From assembly GCA_026395295.1 (NCBI GenBank), contig JAPLYZ010000006.1, positions 21,836-85,835 on the forward strand: 64,000 bases of DNA, in the 5' to 3' direction. Below are positions 44,432 to 53,120 of this stretch, one piece after another; the first letter of the stretch is position 1; every line of letters begins with the position of its first letter. The position numbers were made by a program, and so were the translations under genes. A model generated the notes under the pieces. The model worked only from the letters and a program-made list of their open reading frames with translations, ran no database searches and was not told where the DNA came from. This DNA is from Candidatus Staskawiczbacteria bacterium (GTDB lineage: Bacteria > Patescibacteriota > Minisyncoccia > Minisyncoccales > Staskawiczbacteraceae).

Positions 44432-44491
44432 TCAGGTTGTCATATGACAACCTAGAACAACTGCAATTTTCATTCGTTATCTTAGAAAGAA
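44432..44491 (+). repeat. Direct repeat copy 1 (~60 bp): 20-bp perfect palindrome aggttgtcatatgacaacct (44434-44453) plus a folA-3'-end-like tail
   Basis: tcaggttgtcatatgacaacctagaacaactgcaattttcattcgttatcttagaaagaa matches 45408-45474 with a few mismatches. The tail resembles 43762-43790. Confidence 0.85.
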
Positions 44492-45145
44492 ATGACAAAT
44501 AAAGAAATCATAAATGAAGTTATACTATATTTGGAACAGAATTTTAAGAATGAATCGACGGGTCACGATTACTGGCATTTTATCCGAGTTTGGAAACTTG
44601 CAAAATATATAGCCGAAAAAGAGGGCGGAGATTTGTTTGTTATTGAATTGGGCGCCTTGCTACACGATATTGCCGATTGGAAATTTCACGGCGGCACAAA
44701 TGAAGTGGGCATAGAAAAAGCGAAAACTCTGCTGAAAGATTTTAATGTTGATGAAAAAATTATAAACCAAGTTTGCTATATTATTGATAATATCTCTTTC
44801 AAAGGAGCAAAGGTGAAAAATGGTATGATTGGTAAAGAGGGTGAAATTGTTCAGGACGCAGATAAGTTAGATGCTATTGGCGCAATTGGAATTGCGAGAA
44901 CGTTCGCTTATGGTGGAAAAATGGACCGAGAAATGTATAATCCTGATATAAAACCGGAAATGCACACTTCGTTTGAAGGTTATAAAAACAGCAAAGGGAC
45001 ATCAATAAACCATTTCTACGAAAAACTATTGCTTTTGAAAGACAGGCTAAACACCAAAACAGCGAAAAAGATTGCACAGAAAAGGCATAAATTTACGGAA
45101 GATTATTTGAAGGAATTTTTTAAAGAATGGGAAGGAAAAGTATAA
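44492..45145 (+). CDS. HD-domain phosphohydrolase
   Basis: H...HD (LLHDIAD)...D pattern, YqeK/HD-superfamily-like, 217 aa. Confidence 0.8.
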   Translation: MTNKEIINEVILYLEQNFKNESTGHDYWHFIRVWKLAKYIAEKEGGDLFVIELGALLHDIADWKFHGGTNEVGIEKAKTLLKDFNVDEKIINQVCYIIDNISFKGAKVKNGMIGKEGEIVQDADKLDAIGAIGIARTFAYGGKMDREMYNPDIKPEMHTSFEGYKNSKGTSINHFYEKLLLLKDRLNTKTAKKIAQKRHKFTEDYLKEFFKEWEGKV

Positions 45146-45172
45146 AATATTAAAATAAATTCACCACAAGTC

Positions 45173-45192
45173 AGGTTGTCATATGACAACCT
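45173..45192. repeat. Second copy of the 20-bp perfect palindrome aggttgtcatatgacaacct
   Basis: Exact match to 44434-44453. It lies 9 nt upstream of the HTH gene ATG. Confidence 0.9.
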
Positions 45193-45201
45193 AAAATAGA
45201 T

Positions 45202-45381
45202 ATGTGGCAGAAAGATTTCTATACAACAAAGGAATTAGCTGATATACTGCAAATTAGTAGGCAATCTGTGCTAAAACGGCTTTGGAGTGGCTCAATTAAA
45301 GCACAGAAAATGGGTAGAAATTTCATAATATTTAAAAAAGATGTTGATTTGGATAAATTAAATTTCATAATTAAACATTAA
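45202..45381 (+). CDS. Excisionase/MerR-type small HTH protein (59 aa, below the track cutoff)
   Basis: Manual translation gives MWQKDFYTTKELADILQISRQSVLKRLWSGSIKAQKMGRNFIIFKKDVDLDKLNFIIKH, the pattern of excisionase-family DNA-binding domains. Confidence 0.65.
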   Translation: MWQKDFYTTKELADILQISRQSVLKRLWSGSIKAQKMGRNFIIFKKDVDLDKLNFIIKH

Positions 45382-45407
45382 ATTATTGTTGACTTCGTCG
45401 AGACGCA

Positions 45408-45474
45408 TCAGGTTGTCGTATGACAACCTAGAACAACTGCAATTATTCATTCGTAATCTTAGAAAAAAAATAAT
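45408..45474 (+). repeat. Direct repeat copy 2: palindrome variant aggttgtcgtatgacaacct (45410-45429) plus a folA-3'-end-like tail
   Basis: tcaggttgtcgtatgacaacctagaacaactgcaattattcattcgtaatcttagaaaaaaaataat. It abuts the gatB ATG. Confidence 0.85.
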
Positions 45475-46989
45475 ATGGCATATAAACCTACAATTGGGCT
45501 CGAAATACACGCCGAGCTAAAAACAAATTCAAAAATGTTTTGCGGGTGCAAAAACGACCCCGATGAAAAACGGCCGAATTTTAACATTTGTCCTGTTTGC
45601 ACGGCCCAGCCGGGAACGCTTCCGGTGGCAAACGAAGAGGCGGTTAAAAAGGTCATCAAAACCGGTTTGGCTTTGCATTGCGAAATTGCGCATGACTCAA
45701 AGTTTGACAGGAAAAATTATTTTTACCCCGATTTGCCAAAAGGTTATCAAATTTCTCAATATGATCAACCGCTATGCCTTGGCGGATATTTGGAAATTAA
45801 CGGAAGAAAAATCCGCATCACCAGGATACATTTAGAAGAAGACACGGGTAGTTTAATGCATCCCGCCCAAGAAGGGCGAGGCTCGCCCAGTGAAGATGGG
45901 CGGCCGGAGGGCGCAGACTACTCGTTGGTAAATTTAAATAGGGCAGGGGTGCCTTTAATGGAGCTGGTGACGGAGCCGGACATTACTTCAGGGAAGGAAG
46001 CCCGCGAGTTTGCGCAAGAATTGCAATTGATTTTCAAATATCTGGGAGTTTCCGATGCCGACATGGAAAAAGGTCAGATGCGCGTTGAAGTAAACATCAG
46101 CATCAGTCCTTCGACGGGCTCAGGGCAAGCAAAAAAACTTGGCACAAAAGTGGAGATTAAAAACTTGAATTCATTTAGGGTTGTTGAAAGGGCGGTTGAT
46201 TTTGAGATTAAAAGACAGGAAGAGGTTTTAGAGTCGGATAAAAAAATTATTCAGGAGACGCGTGGCTGGCACGACAAAAAAGAAATTACGTTTTCACAAA
46301 GAGAGAAAGAAGAGGCGCACGATTACAGGTATTTTCCCGAACCGGATTTACCGGCGATGCATTTTGAACAAAGTTATATTGAAGAAATAAAAAAACAAAT
46401 GCCGGAATTGCCCGAGCAGAAAAGGGAGAGATTTGCTAAGGAGTACGGGTTAGACAGCGGGGCTGTGGAGTTTTTTGTTAGCAATAAAAATTTGAGCGAG
46501 TATTATGAAAAAGTTGTTTCTGAATTTGAGGAATGGACTGAAGAGGAAGAAGAGGACGAGGCGCACAAGAAAGTTTCAAAACTTGTGGCAAATTATTTGA
46601 TATCTGACGTGCAGGGATTGTTGGGAGGTAAAGAGTTCGCGGAGAAGGAGTTCAAAATTACGCCGGAAAATTTTGCTGAGTTTGTAAAAATGATTTATAG
46701 GGGAGAAATTTCCAGCAAAGTTGCCAAGATGTTAGTTGCGGATATGTTTAACACCGGTTCTGACCCGTCTACTGTTGTTGATGAAAATAATTGGAGGCAG
46801 ATGTCCGATGATTTGGGGCTGGAAAAGGCCATAAAAGAGGCAATATCGAATAATCCCAAGGCAGTTGAGGACTATAAAAAGGGCAAGCTCGCTTCGCTCC
46901 AGTTTTTAGTCGGCAAAGTGATGGCGTCTACAAGGGGTACGGCAAAACCCGATAAAGTTCAAGAGCTGTTAAAGAAAATTCTCAACTAA
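45475..46989 (+). CDS. gatB: Asp/Glu-tRNA amidotransferase subunit B
   Basis: GLEIHAELKTNSKMFCGC, RIHLEEDTG, NLNRAGVPLMELVTEPD, and a C-terminal YqeY-like tail. It contains a short GC-rich insertion at about 45862-45918. Confidence 0.95.
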   Translation: MAYKPTIGLEIHAELKTNSKMFCGCKNDPDEKRPNFNICPVCTAQPGTLPVANEEAVKKVIKTGLALHCEIAHDSKFDRKNYFYPDLPKGYQISQYDQPLCLGGYLEINGRKIRITRIHLEEDTGSLMHPAQEGRGSPSEDGRPEGADYSLVNLNRAGVPLMELVTEPDITSGKEAREFAQELQLIFKYLGVSDADMEKGQMRVEVNISISPSTGSGQAKKLGTKVEIKNLNSFRVVERAVDFEIKRQEEVLESDKKIIQETRGWHDKKEITFSQREKEEAHDYRYFPEPDLPAMHFEQSYIEEIKKQMPELPEQKRERFAKEYGLDSGAVEFFVSNKNLSEYYEKVVSEFEEWTEEEEEDEAHKKVSKLVANYLISDVQGLLGGKEFAEKEFKITPENFAEFVKMIYRGEISSKVAKMLVADMFNTGSDPSTVVDENNWRQMSDDLGLEKAIKEAISNNPKAVEDYKKGKLASLQFLVGKVMASTRGTAKPDKVQELLKKILN

Positions 46990-47856
46990 TTTTTTAGCCT
47001 CAGTGTAATTTTTTATCCAGTGAGTTTTTTTATCTCGCTTAAACCAAGTCATTTGTCGTTTGGCATAGTGTTCTGATTCTTTTTGAATTTTGTCTGCCAT
47101 CTCCTGATAGGTAATTTTGTTTTGGAGGTATTGTGCGACAAAACGATATTCTAATCCAAACTCTTCCAACCTTTTCCACGAAACCCCAGACTTGTGTAAT
47201 TTTTTAACTTCTTCTATCATCCCATTGTTCAAGCGCCTTAAGAGTCTTTTTCCTATAAGTTCAACCAGATCTTCTTTAGTTTTATTTATACCCAGGGTTA
47301 ACACGTCAAAATTAGGCTTATTTTGAAAAACAGCTGGAACAGGCTGTTTTGTGCTTAAAACTATCTCTAATGCCCTTATAAGGCGTCTGGGGTTGTTTTT
47401 ATCTATTATTAAGGCTCTTCTGTTGTCTAATTTTTCAAGCATTTCAAATAGCTCTTCCACGGGTTTTTTTTCTAACCTTTTTCTCAATTTCCAGTCTGGT
47501 TTTACTTCGGGAATTACAGCGCCATCAACAATTGATTGAATATAAAAACCGGTGCCACCGACTAAGAAGGGTATTTTATTTTTTTTTTGGATTTTTTTGA
47601 TTGCTGTCAACGCCAGTTTTTGATATTGCACAACGGTGAATATTTTTTTCGGGTTTGCCACATCTAAAAGATAATGGGGGACTCCCTTCATTTCTTTTTT
47701 TGTTACTTTGCCTGTGCCGACGTCCATTCCTTTGTAGACCTGCCTTGAATCAGCTGAAATTACCTCGCCGTTAAATTTTTTGGCCAGTTTTATGGACAAA
47801 TCGGTTTTTCCTGACGCTGTTGGCCCCAAAATTACAATTAGTTTATAGTTTGCCAT
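46969..47856 (-). CDS. miaA: tRNA dimethylallyltransferase
   Basis: ILGPTASGKTDLS P-loop, ISADSRQVYKGMDVGTGK. Confidence 0.95.
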   Translation of the reverse strand: MANYKLIVILGPTASGKTDLSIKLAKKFNGEVISADSRQVYKGMDVGTGKVTKKEMKGVPHYLLDVANPKKIFTVVQYQKLALTAIKKIQKKNKIPFLVGGTGFYIQSIVDGAVIPEVKPDWKLRKRLEKKPVEELFEMLEKLDNRRALIIDKNNPRRLIRALEIVLSTKQPVPAVFQNKPNFDVLTLGINKTKEDLVELIGKRLLRRLNNGMIEEVKKLHKSGVSWKRLEEFGLEYRFVAQYLQNKITYQEMADKIQKESEHYAKRQMTWFKRDKKTHWIKNYTEAKKLVENFL

Positions 47857-49090
47857 TTAGTGTAAAAGGGTTCGCTTCTGTAATTTTTATTTTTAAAAGT
47901 TTTCCCAAAAGATTTTTAGAAGACGCCACTTTTACTGTTTTGTATTGCTCATTTTTGCCAAAATAATTGTCGCCTCTATTTTCGTTAAACAAAACAACAG
48001 TCTCTGTCCCCACCAGTTTCTTATTTTTTTCTAGCGCTGTCTTCTTTAGCATTTCCGTAAGAACTTTTTCTCTTCTCTTTTTTTCCACAACGGAAACGCT
48101 ATCTTTCAATTTTGCCGCGGCAGTGCCCACCCTTCTGGAATATTTGTTGATATAAGCCATATCGTATTTTATGTCCTTAAAGAGTTTTACCGTATTTTCA
48201 AATTGTTTTTTTGTCTCTCCGGGAAATCCTACAATTACGTCAGTTGAGATGGCAATATCCGGTATTTTCTCTCTCAACTTTTTAATTTTATTCTTATAAT
48301 CTTCAACGGTATAGTGTCTGTTCATTGCTTTTAAAACCTTGTTATCGCCCGATTGTACTGCCAAATTCAAATAAGGAGTAACTTTCTTACAATCTGCCAT
48401 GGCATCTATAATTCTTTCATCAAAATCTTTCGGATGAGATGAGGTAAAGCGTATCCAAAAATTTCCTGGGATGTTATTTATTATTTTTAAAAGTTTAGGA
48501 AAATCAGTATTCTTGTCTTTGTAACTGTTAACATTTTGCCCAAGCAACCATATTTCTTTGTAGCCAGTTTTAATCAGATGTTTTATTTCTTTAATTATCT
48601 CTACGGCAGGCCGGGAGACTTCTCTTTCCCTGACGTAAGGCACAACGCAATAGGCGCAAAAGTTATTGCATCCGGTCATTATGGGCACATTAGCAGAGAA
48701 TTTAGAAGAATATTTTGGCGTAATATCTAAATAGCTATCTTTATCAAAAGTTTTCCTTTGCCCGATGATTTTCGGCAGGTTTTTTATTTCTTTTATATCT
48801 AAAACGCAATCAAACCCGTCAGAGAATATTTTTTTATCTTTTTTTAAAACGCATCCTGTTAGAATAGTTTTTAATCCAGGGTTTGTCGCCTTAATTTTTT
48901 CAAACTTTTGCGCGAGCCCATGCACGCGATCAACGGCCGACTGTCTTACCGAGCACATTACAACCGCTATTAAATCAGCCTCGCTTATATTCAGCGTTTT
49001 TTTATATTTTAGGTTCTCTAAAACAGCGGAAACCCTTTCCGCATCGCTAATATTCATTTGGCATCCAAATACAATAATGTGATATTTCAT
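47843..49090 (-). CDS. miaB: tRNA methylthiotransferase (MiaB family, radical SAM)
   Basis: UPF0004 N-terminal domain (FGCQMN), radical-SAM CNNFCAYCVVP, and a TRAM C-terminus. The internal ATG at 49090 is preferred. Confidence 0.9.
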   Translation of the reverse strand: MKYHIIVFGCQMNISDAERVSAVLENLKYKKTLNISEADLIAVVMCSVRQSAVDRVHGLAQKFEKIKATNPGLKTILTGCVLKKDKKIFSDGFDCVLDIKEIKNLPKIIGQRKTFDKDSYLDITPKYSSKFSANVPIMTGCNNFCAYCVVPYVREREVSRPAVEIIKEIKHLIKTGYKEIWLLGQNVNSYKDKNTDFPKLLKIINNIPGNFWIRFTSSHPKDFDERIIDAMADCKKVTPYLNLAVQSGDNKVLKAMNRHYTVEDYKNKIKKLREKIPDIAISTDVIVGFPGETKKQFENTVKLFKDIKYDMAYINKYSRRVGTAAAKLKDSVSVVEKKRREKVLTEMLKKTALEKNKKLVGTETVVLFNENRGDNYFGKNEQYKTVKVASSKNLLGKLLKIKITEANPFTLNGKL

Positions 49091-49094
49091 CGCG

Positions 49095-50759
49095 CTAGCG
49101 GATTTCTTCTTTCTTGTCCTTAATAAAATATCGCCATTTTTCCAAAAATTCCACAAAAGCGGAAAAAGGCATGTCTATTAGGGCATTAAACAGCGCGGCA
49201 AGAGCATTATATCTTTTCCATTTGTTGGAAATCCACCTGCCAAGACCTTGCCCTGGCAAGAAGAACACATCGGACAAGAAACTTATAAAACCTTCTTTTT
49301 CTTCTTCCATTGTCAACTCTTGAGCCCTTTTGGAAACAGCGGTCCCGGCAAATAGAATTAAGGCAATGAATATCATATCTATAAGAATCGAGCTAATGGG
49401 GAAGTTGAAGTAGTGCAGGATATAATATATCACTCCAAAAGTTACAAAAGCCGATAAAACATAAATAAGAGACAAGAAAACTTTCATAACCACTCCTTTT
49501 TTTCTGCTCATCTTTATTTCGTATGTGTCGATACCTTCTTTTCTGTAAGCTATTTTCATTGTTTCCATTGTCACAAGATTCAGATTCTTTTTAGATGGGC
49601 GTCTGGCGGTTGCCACGAGCAAAAACATAAGAAGGGTCGGTATTAAAACGTCCATTGCCAGCAACAGTATATTTATTTTGCTGCCAAGGGCTTTTTCAAT
49701 CAACACTTCCAAAAGCACCAAAGATAAAACTTTAGTTACGAAAATTGAGAGAGTGGAATAAACAGCGGCTCGGGAAATTCTGGATTTCAAGGTGGACAGT
49801 CTTTTCGAATAAGCGTCTTTGATAAGACTTTCTAAGGCAGATGGGTCTGATATTTTCTTTTCGGCTTCGGCCGTATTGTTTGCGGATAAAATATCTCCCA
49901 TTAACAGATATGGGGTGTCATATTTTTCGCATATGTAATAAAATTTATTCGCCATAGGATTTGTAAGATCTTTCTCTATGCCGTTCCAAACCCTGAATAC
50001 GCCTTCGGACATTTTTAGCAACAACTGTTGATCGGCTCTTTGCCAATTTGGATATTTGTATTTTATCAGGTTATAGCTGATTATAGGGTTGTCCAGTTTG
50101 AAAAGAGCTTGGCATACGGCAATGTAAATTTGGAGATCAACATCTTCTTTATTCAAAAGTCCTGCCTGGAAAATTTTATCAGAAACTTTAATTTTTTCTT
50201 TCATCAGACCAAACATATAATCAATCAAAGCCATTTCTTTTATGGCAGGCGCCAGCGCTTCCTCTATTTCGCAAGCCGAAACTTCTATCAACCAGTTATA
50301 AAAATTAAGTCCGGTTTCTCTCGCCTTACTTTCAGGGTTATTTTTTAATATAAAAATGTACTTGTCTATTATTTTTTGTACTTCGCCAATTTTTGTTTCC
50401 GCAATTTTGTCGTTAGGGAAGTGTCCTCCTCTTATCAGCTCTAGAACCAAGGACTCGGCAACATTTTCAGTTACTGTAAAATTGTTCAGTTCCAAGTTGA
50501 AAAATCTTCTTTTCAATTTCCTGATAATGGCCGCTCGCCTCATCAAGTGTTCTTCTTTCCAGTCAACAATGGTTCTTATTTTTTCATAAAAACCGGCAAC
50601 CTTTTTGGCGACCTCATCAACGTGTATAGTTTCAACTCCTTGTTTCGGCAGACTTAGTTGCCGGTCAAGTTTGTACTGGAAAACTAATTTTTTCGTTGCT
50701 TCAGATAATTCCTGCATATATTTATTGCTTTTTAATAATTTCTTCCTTAATTTTATCAA
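49095..50759 (-). CDS. Conserved-looking polytopic membrane protein of unknown function
   Basis: About 554 aa, with a soluble helical N-terminal half and then about 5 TM helices. An alternative start at 50717 would remove the overlap with thrS. Confidence 0.6.
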   Translation of the reverse strand: MIKLRKKLLKSNKYMQELSEATKKLVFQYKLDRQLSLPKQGVETIHVDEVAKKVAGFYEKIRTIVDWKEEHLMRRAAIIRKLKRRFFNLELNNFTVTENVAESLVLELIRGGHFPNDKIAETKIGEVQKIIDKYIFILKNNPESKARETGLNFYNWLIEVSACEIEEALAPAIKEMALIDYMFGLMKEKIKVSDKIFQAGLLNKEDVDLQIYIAVCQALFKLDNPIISYNLIKYKYPNWQRADQQLLLKMSEGVFRVWNGIEKDLTNPMANKFYYICEKYDTPYLLMGDILSANNTAEAEKKISDPSALESLIKDAYSKRLSTLKSRISRAAVYSTLSIFVTKVLSLVLLEVLIEKALGSKINILLLAMDVLIPTLLMFLLVATARRPSKKNLNLVTMETMKIAYRKEGIDTYEIKMSRKKGVVMKVFLSLIYVLSAFVTFGVIYYILHYFNFPISSILIDMIFIALILFAGTAVSKRAQELTMEEEKEGFISFLSDVFFLPGQGLGRWISNKWKRYNALAALFNALIDMPFSAFVEFLEKWRYFIKDKKEEIR

Positions 50760-52467
50760 TAAATGCGTCCAATGTCATCTGCCCCATGTCGCCTTTTCCG
50801 CGAGCTCTGACGGCTACGGCATTGGCAGAAATTTCTTTGTCTCCCAAAATTAAAAGATAGGGGATCTTTTGCATTTCCGCGGCCCTAATTTTTTTACCTA
50901 AAGTCTCATTTTCGTTTTTTATCTCTGCGCGGATATTCTTTTCTTTCAGCTCTTTCGCAATTTTTATTGCATATTCGCTGTGTTTTTCGGAAATTGGTAT
51001 CACGGCAACTTGAACCGGCGAGAGCCACAACGGAAAAGCCCCGGCATAATGCTCTATTAAGAATCCGATAAGCCTTTCGTGAGTGGAAAGAGGAGCCCGA
51101 TGTATGCATATAGGTGTTTTTTCCTTGCCGTCGGAATCTGTATATTTTAGGCCAAATCTTTCGGGCACAGCAAAATCAACCTGGTTAGTCGCTAAAGTAA
51201 ATTCGCGTCCAATGGCAGACCAAACTTCAACATCAATTTTTGGTCCATAAAACGCAGCTTCATTCTTAACCTCCACAAAAGGAATTTTTTCTTTTAGCAG
51301 CGTGGCACGCACCATGTCTTCGGTTTTTTTCCACAATTTTTCGTTGTTAATATATTTCTTTCCAAGCCCCTCTTTGCTGTGCGTGGAAAATCGCATCACA
51401 TATTTTTGTATGCCGAAGATTTTGAAATACTCTAAGTAAAGTTTTATAACCTCCAAAAATTCATTTGTGAATTGGTCCTCGGTGCAGTAAATATGAGCGT
51501 CGTTCATTTCCATAGACCGCACGCGCATCAAACCAAAAAGTTCGCCGGATTTTTCATAGCGGTAGCAAGTTCCGTATTCAGCTAAACGCAGAGGTAAATC
51601 GCGATAACTTCTTGGTTCTGCCGCAAAAATTTGGTGATGATGCGGGCAGTTCATTGCTTTCAAATAGTATTTTGTTTTTTTCCCATCCTCCTCTAAGATC
51701 ATCGGAGGGAACATTGTGTCGGCGTAATAAGGGAGATGTCCGGAAGTTTTATACATTATTTCTTTGGCAATGTGAGGAGTTTTAACTCTTAGGTATCCGG
51801 CTTTTGTTTCCATATCTTTTCCAAGTTTTTCTATCTCCTCAATTATTGCTGCTCCATTTGGAAGCCACAAAGGAAGTCCGGGCCCCACAAAATCTGAAAA
51901 GGTAAAAATTTTTAAGTCTTTGCCAAGCTTTCTGTGGTCGCGTTTTTCCGCTTCTTCCAGCATTTTCAAATGTTCTTGCAATTCTTTTTCGGTTTCAAAA
52001 GCCAGCCCATAAATTCTTGTGAGCATTTTATTTTTTTCGTTTCCTTTCCAGTAGGCGCCGGCAACCTTTGTAAGCTTAAAACTGTTTAGAGTTATCTCTT
52101 TTGTAGATTTTATATGAGGCCCTTTGCACAGATCAACAAACTCTCCGCTGGTGTATGTGGAAACAGTGTCTCCGGGCAATTCTTTTATCAGTTCTAATTT
52201 ATACGGCTGAACTGCAAACAGTTTTTTTGCTGTTCTTTTATTTATGTTTTTCTTTTCAAACTTGATTTTCTGAGAAATCAGCTCTTTCATTTTTTTTTCA
52301 ATCTCGGCCAAATCTTTTTCTTCTAAGGGTCTTTGCAGTTGAAAATCGTAATAGAATCCGTTTTCAATTGCAGGCCCAATTCCTAATTTCGCTTTAGGAA
52401 AAAGTTCCAAAACAGCCGAAGCCATAATGTGAGAGAGCGAATGCCGTATTTTTTCAATATTTTCCAT
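50722..52467 (-). CDS. thrS: Threonine--tRNA ligase (lacks the N-terminal TGS domain)
   Basis: Begins in the editing domain (RHSLSHIMASAV). Class II motifs (FRVRSMEMNDAH-type, GREFTLAT...) and a C-terminal anticodon-binding domain. Confidence 0.95.
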   Translation of the reverse strand: MENIEKIRHSLSHIMASAVLELFPKAKLGIGPAIENGFYYDFQLQRPLEEKDLAEIEKKMKELISQKIKFEKKNINKRTAKKLFAVQPYKLELIKELPGDTVSTYTSGEFVDLCKGPHIKSTKEITLNSFKLTKVAGAYWKGNEKNKMLTRIYGLAFETEKELQEHLKMLEEAEKRDHRKLGKDLKIFTFSDFVGPGLPLWLPNGAAIIEEIEKLGKDMETKAGYLRVKTPHIAKEIMYKTSGHLPYYADTMFPPMILEEDGKKTKYYLKAMNCPHHHQIFAAEPRSYRDLPLRLAEYGTCYRYEKSGELFGLMRVRSMEMNDAHIYCTEDQFTNEFLEVIKLYLEYFKIFGIQKYVMRFSTHSKEGLGKKYINNEKLWKKTEDMVRATLLKEKIPFVEVKNEAAFYGPKIDVEVWSAIGREFTLATNQVDFAVPERFGLKYTDSDGKEKTPICIHRAPLSTHERLIGFLIEHYAGAFPLWLSPVQVAVIPISEKHSEYAIKIAKELKEKNIRAEIKNENETLGKKIRAAEMQKIPYLLILGDKEISANAVAVRARGKGDMGQMTLDAFIDKIKEEIIKKQ

Positions 52468-52530
52468 TGTTTTTTAGTTAAATTTTATGTGTTCAATAAT
52501 CTTACCACCTTTCTTTCCATCTATAAAGTA

Positions 52531-52559
52531 TTGACAAGCTATTATTTATATGCTATTAT
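52531..52559 (+). promoter_or_regulatory. Promoter of GC-rich cassette G
   Basis: TTGACA (52531-52536), 17-nt spacer, TATTAT (52554-52559). Confidence 0.6.
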
Positions 52560-52634
52560 TAATACAGCACATTTAACGGGTTGGCTCTTGAAAGGAAGCC
52601 TTGGTGTCCCGAATAATACACCGCCCCAGTTCCC

Positions 52635-52925
52635 ATGAAATGTACACTGGTAATTAAAGCACCGCCTGGCATTCAGGGCGACATGCGTCTATACGAAGTA
52701 GAATTACCCTCTATCCCTCCGTTCGGCACGACTTTGTCGTTTATAACGCCAAAGTGTTCAAAGAACGGCAGGGTTTTCCACGTCAACGTTACGGGATGTG
52801 AAATAACCCTAGACTCTGAGACTCGGACAACAAACCTTGTCCTCGTCTTTGCCGAAGAGGATAAAGGACGTCCCGCGACTCTTGAAGATTGGGAGGAATT
52901 TGAGGAAACTTCGGTTGATGCATAG
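52635..52925 (+). CDS. GC-rich cassette G: hypothetical 96-aa acidic-tailed protein
   Basis: ORF in a GC-rich block, opposite in strand to the flanking thrS. No SD and no recognised motif. Confidence 0.4.
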   Translation: MKCTLVIKAPPGIQGDMRLYEVELPSIPPFGTTLSFITPKCSKNGRVFHVNVTGCEITLDSETRTTNLVLVFAEEDKGRPATLEDWEEFEETSVDA

Positions 52926-52950
52926 GGACAGAGCAGACCAACTGCTTTCA

Positions 52951-52978
52951 GGGCAATCGCAAGATTGCCTCTTTTTTT
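52951..52978 (+). terminator. Terminator of cassette G
   Basis: gggcaatc-gcaa-gattgcc followed by tcttttttt. Confidence 0.75.
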
Positions 52979-53031
52979 GCTTTAAATTGAGAATTAAGCA
53001 TGCCCCATTTGTCTTAGCGCAAGGTAGTAGA

Positions 53032-53062
53032 TATGTTTTTTCACGTGGCGTGAAAAAACATA
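53032..53062. repeat. Palindrome family 1, copy 1 (tatgttttttcacg-tgg-cgtgaaaaaacata)
   Basis: 14-bp perfect arms around a 3-nt centre. It is followed by tggTATAAT (-10 box at 53069-53074). Confidence 0.9.
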
Positions 53063-53120
53063 CTATGGTATAATGACATATTGGAAATGGGAATGGAAAT
53101 ATATTATTATATTAAAAAAT

